This document shows positions 41,432 to 50,168 of a stretch of DNA of 64,000 nucleotides, piece by piece. The notes under the pieces are model-generated. The model was not told the origin of the DNA. It did not search any database and saw only the letters and a list, made by a program, of their open reading frames with translations. The stretch's first letter is position 1. The number at the start of each line of letters is the position of its first letter. A program made the translations under genes and the position numbers. This DNA is from an uncultured cyanobacterium (GTDB taxonomy: Bacteria > Cyanobacteriota > Cyanobacteriia > Phormidesmidales > Phormidesmidaceae), in contig CAWBZI010000005.1 in the NCBI GenBank assembly GCA_963793265.1, positions 224,001 through 288,000 of the forward strand. Direction: 5' to 3'.

Positions 41432-42601
41432 ATGAAATTTAAGTTTGGAATAGAGCACGAGGTCGCTTTCCTACGAGCAGATGGACGATTCGCGGACTTT
41501 GAAAATACGTGCTTCGCTGATTTTGAAGATATCGTAGCTGAGCTGCCTCGGTGCGAGCAAGACTATACTCAACTGCGAATCGGTGATGCTGGCATTAAGC
41601 TAAAGCGGTGGTATGTAGAAGGCTTTGAGCGATTCTCTCAGACTGGCGAGATGATTGACTGTCCACCGAAAGGAATTGAGATTAGGACAACTGTGCATGA
41701 TGGGATTGATGAGGCGATCACACAGCTAAAAGAGAGTTTTCATCTACTGCGCACTCAAGCTGCTAAATCAGGATTTACCCCTGCGCTGACCAGTTTCAAC
41801 CCCTATCAAACCGAATTTATTCCTAATCCACCGCTCAATCTTTATGAACAAAAGCGTCGCCGCGAGTCGCCAGAAATGCTAACAGCGCATATCCCGATGC
41901 TTACGCAAGGGCCAGATCTCAACCTTTCAGCAGAAGAACTCACTACCGAAGAACTAATCGATATTGGCCGCAAGCTGACCTATTACAGCCCATTTATTAT
42001 TCCATTTAGCTACAGTTCTCCTTTTTACGAAGGGGAAGTTTGGTCAGGTCTATCTGTACGCACGTTTTATCGTACGGGCGCTAGACCAGCGGCGATGGTG
42101 TTTGTTGAGAATGAGCGTGATTTGATTGACACCGCACCTTCTCTCACGCAAATAGCACGACTGCCTGCTGAAGTAGGTCGAATTGAGTTCAAAGCCTTTG
42201 ATAGCTGTGGCGACTTTAGTCTATACGCTAGCCTATGTGCACTGCTTAAAGGGCTGGTTTTGGACACCACTTTAAAGGAGAGAAGAACGCTACCGGATGC
42301 AACACTTCATCAGCGGTCAGCGCAATTGGGATTTACTGATGAAGAGATTTATCAGCAGGCTATGGAAGTGGTGAAAGCAGCTTATGTTGCATTAGCAGGC
42401 GATCGCGATCAACAGCGATTAATCAGATTAAAAGAATCTCTTCTCGCTCGGCATAGTCCTGCAAAAGATATGCTAGCGGCATACAAATCAGGACACACCA
42501 TTGAACAAATCCTGCGTCAAGGATACGCTACTGTGGGCTCAGCAAATCGCTTCTCAAGAAGCTTTGAAACAGTGAACTTTCTAGAGATCCCTAACGTGTG
42601 A
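41432..42601 (+). CDS. Glutamate-cysteine ligase family 2 (GCS2/YbdK-like) carboxylate-amine ligase
   Basis: FGIEHE, GIEIRT, SSPFYEG, RIEFKAFD. Confidence 0.8.
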   Translation: MKFKFGIEHEVAFLRADGRFADFENTCFADFEDIVAELPRCEQDYTQLRIGDAGIKLKRWYVEGFERFSQTGEMIDCPPKGIEIRTTVHDGIDEAITQLKESFHLLRTQAAKSGFTPALTSFNPYQTEFIPNPPLNLYEQKRRRESPEMLTAHIPMLTQGPDLNLSAEELTTEELIDIGRKLTYYSPFIIPFSYSSPFYEGEVWSGLSVRTFYRTGARPAAMVFVENERDLIDTAPSLTQIARLPAEVGRIEFKAFDSCGDFSLYASLCALLKGLVLDTTLKERRTLPDATLHQRSAQLGFTDEEIYQQAMEVVKAAYVALAGDRDQQRLIRLKESLLARHSPAKDMLAAYKSGHTIEQILRQGYATVGSANRFSRSFETVNFLEIPNV

Positions 42602-42847
42602 TTTAAGCTGCCAGCTCCGATTGAGGATTGAGGCGATCGCCTGACGCGGCATACATACCTGCCTGGTGACGCTCCAAAGCTGAATCGCCTCCGTAGGCGT
42701 ATTAATCATGACCTGTAAGGGTTCAAAGCTTTTGCACTGGGCCTCAATGCCTAGCGACTGTAAACGATGGTAAACTTGCCAGCGGTCTTCGCAGTCAACG
42801 GTTAGCGCAGTGGGCAACTCTGAATTTGTAGCGTGAGATAAAGACAT
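42581..42847 (-). CDS. Asr1405/Asl0597 family protein
   Basis: DRWQVYHRLQSLGI...AIQLWSV...LNRSW motif. Confidence 0.82.
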   Translation of the reverse strand: MSLSHATNSELPTALTVDCEDRWQVYHRLQSLGIEAQCKSFEPLQVMINTPTEAIQLWSVTRQVCMPRQAIASILNRSWQLKSHVRDL

Positions 42848-43286
42848 ATAAGAGAAGTCGCTTGTGCTGACTGTGTGGTGGACTACGGTGAAAAAATAAA
42901 CTGTTTCAAACAATAATGAGAAAAGCTTCTGTTAGCTAAACATAAGTAAATCGTATGACTATAAAAGAATTGTTATCAGTTCCCGATATTAATCACGTCA
43001 TAACTAGAAGATAGTTTCAATAACTAATTTCAATGGATATAAGTTGAAAACGCTTTGAAGTCTTCTTATCAAACCGGTTTGAGCACAAAACTCGCGACTT
43101 TTAATGAGAGTTTGTGTCAATCAGACATCTTATGATCCCTTATTCATCAGTGGTTTCAGACATCTGCAAGCAAGCTATACTGACGCTATGAGGCATCTGA
43201 TATCTATACTGCTGAACGCCTTTGTTGTCTGACATCTCTACTGTTGAGAAATTTCACCCGACGCTAACGATAAGGAACGCTATAAC

Positions 43287-43841
43287 ATGCCTATTTCATC
43301 CGCTGTCATTACACCTTTTGGTCAGGTTGCTGACAACGCTATCTTGCTTGAGAAGACGGTAACCGAGCCGGTTACTGAAGGGTTAAATGTTGCGTTGGCA
43401 AGCCTGCAAGGTCTTTATATTCAATATCAAAAACACCATTTTGTTGTTGAAGGCGCTGAGTTTTACTCACTGCACCAGTTTTTTGAAGAGGGCTACGATG
43501 CAACTAAAGGTCACGTGCACGACATTGGAGAGCGCTTAGATGGCTTGGGCGGCGTACCGGTCGCTAGCTTTTCAAAACTAGCTGAGCTGTGTGCTTTTGA
43601 GCAAGAGCCTGACGGCGTTTTTAGCTGCCGTACCATGGTAGAAAACGACCTAAAAGCCGAGCAGTCTATCATTAAGGTGCTGCGCCGCAATGCGTCTCAA
43701 GCTGAGAGCTTGGGTGATAGAGCCACTCGTTACCTATACGAAGGCATTTTGTTAAAAACAGAAGAGCGCGCCTATCACTTAGATCATTTTCTCGCCTCCG
43801 ATACATTGGTTACCTCCCAGTCGATAGTCAACTTAAACTAG
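43287..43841 (+). CDS. dpsA: Dps family DNA-protection/ferritin-like protein
   Basis: [35 protein letters not shown]. Confidence 0.93.
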   Translation: MPISSAVITPFGQVADNAILLEKTVTEPVTEGLNVALASLQGLYIQYQKHHFVVEGAEFYSLHQFFEEGYDATKGHVHDIGERLDGLGGVPVASFSKLAELCAFEQEPDGVFSCRTMVENDLKAEQSIIKVLRRNASQAESLGDRATRYLYEGILLKTEERAYHLDHFLASDTLVTSQSIVNLN

Positions 43842-43856
43842 AGAATGCGTCCCTTA

Positions 43857-43897
43857 CACTAAAGACAGAACACTAAAGACAGAACGCTAAAGATAGG
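43857..43897. repeat. 14-bp tandem repeat (cactaaagacagaa, about 3 units) in the dps 3' UTR
   Basis: cactaaagacagaa cactaaagacagaa cgctaaagatagg. Confidence 0.8.
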
Positions 43898-43960
43898 ATG
43901 GAGCATTACAGGCGCTCTTCATCTGCCTTGTCCAATCTCTACTATTTTGAGTTCCGTATA

Positions 43961-43992
43961 GAGCAGAAGCAATCCGAAGGTTTCTGCTTTTT
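43961..43992 (+). terminator. Intrinsic terminator after dps
   Basis: AGCAGAAGC-aatccgaag-GTTTCTGCT followed by TTTT. Confidence 0.7.
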
Positions 43993-44220
43993 CATTGGCT
44001 GCTCTTCGCTTTTTTCTCTACTTTTCCTAGATAGGAATTGATATCATCAGTCTATTTATAAATCTAGTTGATAACCAATGTCAAGAAGATTTTACGACTT
44101 TGTAAGAAAAAATTTAAGCCGCGCGGTACATGCTAAACCCTTGCTTAAGGAGGATGATAAAGGGATAGGCTTTTTGGCCTGTTAGTTTAGCTGTGTCGGC
44201 TGCGTCGGCATTTTCCGTCC

Positions 44221-44874
44221 ATGACAAAATCTAGTTCCAACCGCTTCAACTGCTCAGGTCGCTTTTTATCCTTTGCTCCGGGTAAAAAGTCTCCTTATCA
44301 GTACGTCGTTTTGGAGGTGGCTTTTGCTAGCAGTGCGCTCAAAAAGCAGGATGCCGATACTCAAAAGTTTCAAGTCAAGCTCGGCAAGTCGCTCAGGCAA
44401 ATGATATTTACCTACCTTGAACCGCACGATTGGGTGAGCGTGGAAGGTAAGTACAAGCTAGATTCGAGCAGTGGTGAGGTGACTTGGAAGGCGAGTGACA
44501 TTATTAAGCTGTCGCCTAAGCAAATAGAAAAGGTGAAGGCCAAAGCGGCCAAGCAGAAATTGAAGGGCGATCGCGCAACGAAAGACCTAGAAAAACAGGA
44601 GAAGAGAGGAAAGTCAAAGCAGAAGTCTGCAAAGCCTGCACGCGTTTTAATCTGTCAGAAGTCTAGCTGTCGCAAGCGCGGGAGTATGGCGGTGAGCCAG
44701 GCGGTTGAGGATGCGCTAGCTGAGATGGGCTGCGAAGATAAGGTGACGGTTAAGCACACGGGATGTATGAGCCACTGTAAGGCGGGGCCCAATGTGGTGG
44801 TGTTGCCGAAGGGGGGAAGCTACAAGCGGGTGAAGCCTAAAGATGCGCGATCGCTCCTCGAAAACGTCGTATAG
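44221..44874 (+). CDS. Thioredoxin-like [2Fe-2S] ferredoxin domain protein (IdiC-like)
   Basis: C-terminal CQKSSC...TGCMSHCKAGPNV; located with dps and a Crp regulator; Fur-like boxes at about 44036 and 44068. Confidence 0.82.
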   Translation: MTKSSSNRFNCSGRFLSFAPGKKSPYQYVVLEVAFASSALKKQDADTQKFQVKLGKSLRQMIFTYLEPHDWVSVEGKYKLDSSSGEVTWKASDIIKLSPKQIEKVKAKAAKQKLKGDRATKDLEKQEKRGKSKQKSAKPARVLICQKSSCRKRGSMAVSQAVEDALAEMGCEDKVTVKHTGCMSHCKAGPNVVVLPKGGSYKRVKPKDARSLLENVV

Positions 44875-44890
44875 CACTCGCGTGTATTTC

Positions 44891-45505
44891 TCACGCTTGA
44901 AATGCACGCCTGTACACAATTTTTTCGCGCTTGCCCCATTTGATTTTATGCTCCTGCTCTAGCGCTTTAAGCAGTCGAGTAACGGTTACGCGCGTTATGC
45001 CAATTGATTCTGAAATCTCTTGATGGGTGAGCTTGATTTGGCTCATATAGTCTCCTTTCTCTAAAGGGCGACCAAATCGTTTTGCAATCCAACAGATAAA
45101 AAGCCGTAGTCGTTGCTCTGCGTTACTGCAATGAGAGATCTGTAGCAGTTCATTAGACTGTCGAATCTGAGAAAGGAGCATGTTGCGAGAGAACGGAGAG
45201 GTAGCGCCTAAGTATTCTGCGGTGACAGCCGAGAGGCACTGCGCTTTGTAGGGGTCGGTTTGTGCGATCGCATACCCCACAACGTCCTTCTCTTGCCAAA
45301 ATCCTAACGGCACAAACTCGCCTTCTGAATCCCAAGTGAGCGTACGCACATAGCCGCTGTGGATCCGCCATAAGCCGTGATTAGGCAAGGCTAAAGACTC
45401 ATGACGCTTAAACTTAAAGATCTTTGGTTGTTGATGAATCTCTGACACCGTAGAGCCAAACATATTAGTGGTAGCAGGTGCAGAGACTGTATTTAGATAG
45501 GTCAT
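44891..45505 (-). CDS. Crp/Fnr family regulator (IdiB-like)
   Basis: LWRIHSGYVRTLTW...LGFW; HTH LTHQEISESIGITRVTVTRLL. Confidence 0.88.
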   Translation of the reverse strand: MTYLNTVSAPATTNMFGSTVSEIHQQPKIFKFKRHESLALPNHGLWRIHSGYVRTLTWDSEGEFVPLGFWQEKDVVGYAIAQTDPYKAQCLSAVTAEYLGATSPFSRNMLLSQIRQSNELLQISHCSNAEQRLRLFICWIAKRFGRPLEKGDYMSQIKLTHQEISESIGITRVTVTRLLKALEQEHKIKWGKREKIVYRRAFQA

Positions 45506-45529
45506 AATCGTGGGTTGAATACGGTGTAC

Positions 45530-46363
45530 TTAATACAGCGGGCTCACTTGAGTGATTAGACGGTTGTTTGAACTTTGATGAGTGATATTGTTTGCTGCGC
45601 TACTGTTTGGATCTATCACATTCTTCCAGTGCTCACGAATTACACTCGCGACAGTTGCAGCATGGTAAAAGTGGAAGAAATGGTTGCCCTGAGGACAATT
45701 CCAACGGCGAAATGATGACGAAGCAGCTTGATCTGAAAGCATCCAGCTATTCCACATTTCTTTGTTTTGAGTGCTGGTGATGGCATCGTGATCGCCATTG
45801 CAAACCAGTACTGGAACGTTCAGGCTGCTAGCAGGAATGCGGGCGTGATGGGCCAAAGAATGAAGCGTAAGGTTGCTGTCTAAGTCTTTTGCGAGCAGTT
45901 GAGAGAGGGCTTTGGCAAATCGAGCGGGCTGCTCTCCAAACAACAGCCGGGTCATTTGGGCCAATACCATCTCTCGGCTACAGGGCAAGAGTTGCCTGAG
46001 CGCGTAGTAGTGAGCCTGCCAGTTAATAGCTGGGCGAGCGGCTACCGATAGCATTGTCAGCGAGGCCACTCGCTCAGGATAGCGACGCGCGTACATCATT
46101 CCTACAATGCCACTGACGCCGTGACCGACTAAGTGAACTTTGTACTGGCTACTACCTGAAGTTCTCTCTAGCTCGCTGCGGCTGTCTAGATAGCCATGTA
46201 GCGCATCTACAACCGCTTCAATAGAGCAGGGTTCATCTATGGTTTGGCAGTATTCCCATCTTCTAATGGGCTCTGTTTTGACAAGCTGCGAGAGCAGCCT
46301 TTGGTCAAAGCCTTTCAGGTAAGGACTTACTGACAGCCAAAGGACATTAGGGTCAGAGGTCAT
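45530..46363 (-). CDS. Alpha/beta hydrolase-fold protein lacking the nucleophile Ser
   Basis: VHLVGHGVSG, YARRYPERV, NGDHD, GNHFFH. Confidence 0.8.
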   Translation of the reverse strand: MTSDPNVLWLSVSPYLKGFDQRLLSQLVKTEPIRRWEYCQTIDEPCSIEAVVDALHGYLDSRSELERTSGSSQYKVHLVGHGVSGIVGMMYARRYPERVASLTMLSVAARPAINWQAHYYALRQLLPCSREMVLAQMTRLLFGEQPARFAKALSQLLAKDLDSNLTLHSLAHHARIPASSLNVPVLVCNGDHDAITSTQNKEMWNSWMLSDQAASSSFRRWNCPQGNHFFHFYHAATVASVIREHWKNVIDPNSSAANNITHQSSNNRLITQVSPLY

Positions 46364-46512
46364 GAATAAAGTTCCGTTGTTTTCTTATTGAATATAAATC
46401 TCGATAGCCGATTGATGCGAGTATACCGTAGATTCCGTTAATAGGAAATACTTTCAATAAAAATTGCAAACCGTTAGCAGATGGATTAGCCAATGAACCC
46501 TATATATCCTTC

Positions 46513-46543
46513 AAAAAAAGCGGCTCCCACAACGGAAGCCGCA
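46513..46543 (-). terminator. Intrinsic terminator of futA
   Basis: Minus strand GCGGCTTCC-gttgt-GGGAGCCGC followed by TTTTTTT. Confidence 0.85.
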
Positions 46544-46585
46544 CTCTTTGGTACAAGATTTTTAATCGTTGTTGCTCTTTAAAAT

Positions 46586-47650
46586 TTATTCCCAGCCCAC
46601 TCTGTCCATGAGCTTAACGGCCTCAGCCTGATTCTCTCCATAGACAGAAACGTTTACAGCATCGTCTTCAAAGGTACCAAACCCTTCAACGACAGGTGCT
46701 AGCGCTACCCCAGGCACCACAGGATATTCGTTGTTGCCCTTTGCAAAGAATTCTTGAGCTTCGGTACCTGACAAGTACTCTAAAAACTGTTGGGCGGCAT
46801 TGGCATTAGGCGCTGAGGCAACCACGCCTGCGCCGCTGATGTTGACGTGCGTTCCTCGGCCCGCTTGGTTAGGAAAGAAGACGCCTATCTTGTCAAAAAC
46901 AGATTGTTTGGCCGCGTCACCTGTGTTGTCGTAGCGGGGTAGATAGTAGGTGTTGGCGATCGCAAGTTCCCCGAGCCCTGCGGCAACAGCTTCGATTTGT
47001 GCGCGGTCATTTCCTTCGGGCGATCGCGCAAAATTACGCACAAGCCCACGCGCCCATGCTTCCGTTTCGGCCAGCCCATTTGTCTCGATCAAAGCAGCCA
47101 CAAGCGACTGATTGTAGATATTATCTGAAGAACGAACAAGAATTTTGTTACGCCATTTTGGATCGGCCAAATCCTCGTAAGTAGATAGATCCGCAGGATC
47201 GACCTTTGTTTTGTCATACATAATCACGCGAGCCCGCTTGGAAAACCCAAACCACTTACCATCAGGGTGGCGCAGGTTTTCAGGGATAGTTTGAGTCAGC
47301 ACAGTAGACGAAACTGGCGCGAATATACCCGCTTGATCAGCTCGCCACAACATGCCAGCATCCACGGTCATAAACACATCGGCCGGACTATTAGCACCTT
47401 CGTTTTTGATCCTTTCAAGCAGCTCATCGGCCTTGCCCTCTAGCAAGTTGACTCGAATTCCAGTGAGATCAGTAAACGTCTCGTATAGCTCGTCGTCGGT
47501 ATTGTAATGACGAGAAGAATAGAGATTGACTTCACCCGTTTGGGCTCCGGGCTGGGCTTTAATCGCACGTGGGCGCAAAACTTGAGTGGCGGCAAAAGCT
47601 GCAGTTGCTGTAGCGCCACGAACTATTAGGGATCGTCGTGAAAGCTTCAT
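46586..47650 (-). CDS. futA: Fe(III) ABC transporter substrate-binding protein, Tat-exported (FutA/IdiA)
   Basis: SRRSLI twin-arginine signal, [34 protein letters not shown]. Confidence 0.95.
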   Translation of the reverse strand: MKLSRRSLIVRGATATAAFAATQVLRPRAIKAQPGAQTGEVNLYSSRHYNTDDELYETFTDLTGIRVNLLEGKADELLERIKNEGANSPADVFMTVDAGMLWRADQAGIFAPVSSTVLTQTIPENLRHPDGKWFGFSKRARVIMYDKTKVDPADLSTYEDLADPKWRNKILVRSSDNIYNQSLVAALIETNGLAETEAWARGLVRNFARSPEGNDRAQIEAVAAGLGELAIANTYYLPRYDNTGDAAKQSVFDKIGVFFPNQAGRGTHVNISGAGVVASAPNANAAQQFLEYLSGTEAQEFFAKGNNEYPVVPGVALAPVVEGFGTFEDDAVNVSVYGENQAEAVKLMDRVGWE

Positions 47651-47758
47651 AGCGAATCTGTCCTTGTAAATATCGATAAAGTTGAGGGTAATAGCACTCT
47701 ATCACTAATGACATCAATTCTCTTTTAAATATTTTTTTAGCACGGCTGCATAGCAGCT

Positions 47759-47774
47759 TGTATCTGAAGATACA
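47759..47774. promoter_or_regulatory. TGTA-N8-TACA palindrome (NtcA/Crp-family site) upstream of futA
   Basis: TGTATCTGAAGATACA, a near-perfect palindrome about 110 bp upstream of the futA start. Confidence 0.6.
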
Positions 47775-47917
47775 CAGACTCAGGGCGAGAAAATTATTGA
47801 CAAATCCCTTTATTCACAAGCTATCTGCAGTATTTTTTCAGGTGGATAAGTAAGACAGCAGGATCTTTCTTATAAATAACTATTGTCATTAACTAAAACC
47901 TAACATAAGGTTAGACC

Positions 47918-48041
47918 AAGCACAGACAACCTCGCAGACAAAACAGTAGACGCTATCTCACCGAAACTGCACCTACTGTTTGTTTAACAGATGTCCTCTC
48001 AGACAGTGGCCCGTTGCATACTTTTGCAATGGGCTTTTCTT
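47918..48041 (+). ncRNA. Putative Fur-regulated small RNA
   Basis: TTGTCA-17bp-TAAGGT promoter (47883-47911) overlapped by a Fur-like box; internal hairpin; CU-rich segment; plus-strand terminator 48009-48041. Confidence 0.5.
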
Positions 48042-48075
48042 CCGCTTCTCTTCTTTTCTTCTACTTCTTCTTCTT

Positions 48076-48528
48076 CTATATGCGCTGTTGCCTCTCGCTA
48101 CAGTCTTTGCAAATCCCGTATAGCGTTAGCTGACAGTCGAGCACGTGATAGCCTGCCGTCTTCGCTGTTCTCTCTCCAATCTTTGCAACAGAACTTTCTG
48201 CGAACTCTAACGTCGTATTGCAATATACGCACACAATATGGTGATGATCTCGTAGCGGACGATTGAGTTCGTAATGCTTATGGCCTTCGGCTAGCTCTAG
48301 CTCTCGCAACAGTCCCATATAAACCATCAGGTGCAGTGTTCTATAAACAGTCGATAGGCTGATGCGTTCGCCGTCTTGCTCTAAAATATTATGCAAATCT
48401 TCGGCGCTCAGGTGTTCGCCCTGAGTGAGTTCCATGAAGATGCTCAGAACCTTCTTACGCTGAGGCGTCGAACGATATCCGCGAGTATTAAGTTCGGCCT
48501 TGAGGGCTTGATCCGACAGGAAGGGCAT
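48076..48528 (-). CDS. fur: Fur family regulator (second FurA-like paralogue)
   Basis: TPQR, HLSAEDL, LSTVYRTL, HHHIVCVYC, C-terminal CKDC. Confidence 0.92.
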   Translation of the reverse strand: MPFLSDQALKAELNTRGYRSTPQRKKVLSIFMELTQGEHLSAEDLHNILEQDGERISLSTVYRTLHLMVYMGLLRELELAEGHKHYELNRPLRDHHHIVCVYCNTTLEFAESSVAKIGERTAKTAGYHVLDCQLTLYGICKDCSERQQRI

Positions 48529-48852
48529 GATGCATTTCGCATGAACTTAGTAATCATTCTTATTTAGGAGGCCAAAAAGGTCAAGTGATTAAGCCTTATT
48601 TCGACAAAATAAATAGATCCCATTCCTCATAGTGCCTGATTTCAGAATGACTTTCAGCGTATATAAAATCGTTAGAAACTGTGTGGCGAGAGGATTATGA
48701 TTGTCATAGGCTCTGAAAACACTAGCAACTTTTGAAAAAATAATTCGATAGGCTATAGATATTTACTACTGTCTATAGTAGATAATCGATATCAACCCAT
48801 CTATCTATTAAATTGGAATACTTCTCAATCAGATTGTGCGCACTATAAGAAA

Positions 48853-48888
48853 TGCCTTGGACTTTAGCGATCGCTAAAGTCCAAGGCA
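48853..48888. terminator. Perfect 36-bp palindrome centred on HIP1, probably the furA terminator
   Basis: TGCCTTGGACTTTAGCGA|TCGCTAAAGTCCAAGGCA; followed on the minus strand by TTTCTT. Confidence 0.7.
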
Positions 48889-48926
48889 ATAATCAAAACA
48901 CAAATTAATCGCCGAACCCTGAAGCC

Positions 48927-49382
48927 CTAAATCGGCAGAATAGAACGCTGACAGGAAGGACAAACCGCGTGAATAGAAAGCTGGCAGTCAAGTAGCTGAT
49001 ATCCAGATTTCTCAGCGGTTTTTGCCCCGACCTTGAGCACCGAATCGTTTTTGAACTCAATCGTCTTATTACAGCGCACGCAAATAAGGTGGTGATGATG
49101 GTGCGGAGAAGGCTGATTAATTTCGTATCGCTTTTGATCTTCAGCTAGCTCTAGCTCGCGCAAAATACCCATCCGCGCCATCAGCTTAAGATTGCGATAG
49201 ATCGTAGAAAGACCAATCGGTTCGCCCTCGTCTTTGAGCATTCCGCAAAGATCTTCAGCGCTAAGGTGCATACCTTCGGGCAAATTTTGAAACGTCTTCA
49301 AGATAGTTTCGCGCTGGGGAGTCATTCGCCAGCCGCGTTCGTGTAGCTCTGCTTTTAAGGCGGCGGGTGTGTAGGCAACCAT
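48927..49382 (-). CDS. fur: Ferric uptake regulator FurA
   Basis: MVAYTPAALKAELHERGWRMTPQRE, HLSAEDL, HHHHHLICVRC, CPSC; ATG at 49382. Confidence 0.95.
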   Translation of the reverse strand: MVAYTPAALKAELHERGWRMTPQRETILKTFQNLPEGMHLSAEDLCGMLKDEGEPIGLSTIYRNLKLMARMGILRELELAEDQKRYEINQPSPHHHHHLICVRCNKTIEFKNDSVLKVGAKTAEKSGYQLLDCQLSIHAVCPSCQRSILPI

Positions 49383-49397
49383 GAATCGCATCCCCTG

Positions 49398-49490
49398 CGA
49401 AATAATCAATAACGTTATGCTATTGAGAATGATAGCGAATTCACTGACTATTTGCAACAGTCGTTTCTTATTGAGAATAATATCTAAAAA
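49398..49490. promoter_or_regulatory. Tandem Fur-box-like sites upstream of furA (autoregulation)
   Basis: TATTGAGAATGATAGCGAAT near 49421 and TATTGAGAATAATATCTAAA near 49469. Confidence 0.6.
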
Positions 49491-49854
49491 AGATCGGTTC
49501 GCAATAGCTCATACGCTAGCTGAATCCCAGGCAGCTAAAGGGAAAGGTCGATTCGAGGCTAAGGCAAAATGAGTGTTCCAAAATGTTTACACAGGCATTC
49601 CGATACGGCAATATAGTGTGTGAAATCCGCTGATGGGAGTGTGTTTCAACTGCTTTGCCGATAGAGCATCGTAAATAGCAATGTATAGGTTTGTCTGAAA
49701 ACGCTCAGAAGCTTTGAAAGCCTGAAATCATGGCGATTGATGATTGATTTTTTGAGACATTCGCAGTACTATTAGCGGGAGCAAATCCCAATTAGGCTTA
49801 TCGCTTTATTTGAATTTGCTGTAACTTCGTGTTTTGAGAGCCAGGCAACGTTTT

Positions 49855-50133
49855 ATGGACAATGCAGGTTTTGAGAGTGCTCGTTGGGATCATTGGCTGC
49901 TGGTGGCGTGCTTTTTGGCGATAGCAACCTCTGGCCTCTGGCTCTCGTGGCAATGGACTCAGGCTGAGCGGCAGCAGCGTAAAAAGTCGAGGCTAGCGCG
50001 TCGCCTGGCGATGGAGGTGCATCCTTTGGAGTCGCGATCGCACTCAGGCCGCTATTCGTCTGGGTATTCGTCTCAAAGAAGCCTGGCTTCGGCGCAATCA
50101 CATTCCCGACAGGGTGGTTCGCATCGTCAGTAA
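49855..50133 (+). CDS. Small single-TM hypothetical protein
   Basis: One Trp-rich TM helix followed by a basic/Ser-rich tail; co-oriented with the TonB-like gene and futB. Confidence 0.5.
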   Translation: MDNAGFESARWDHWLLVACFLAIATSGLWLSWQWTQAERQQRKKSRLARRLAMEVHPLESRSHSGRYSSGYSSQRSLASAQSHSRQGGSHRQ

Positions 50134-50168
50134 ACAGTAGGCATTCAAAAAAATCAGCAGAAAGCAAC

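Noticed and set aside
47991..48266. 91-aa plus-strand ORF antisense to the fur paralogue
   Set aside because: Runs through a plus-strand terminator and a low-complexity CT tract; the region is better explained as an sRNA 3' end.
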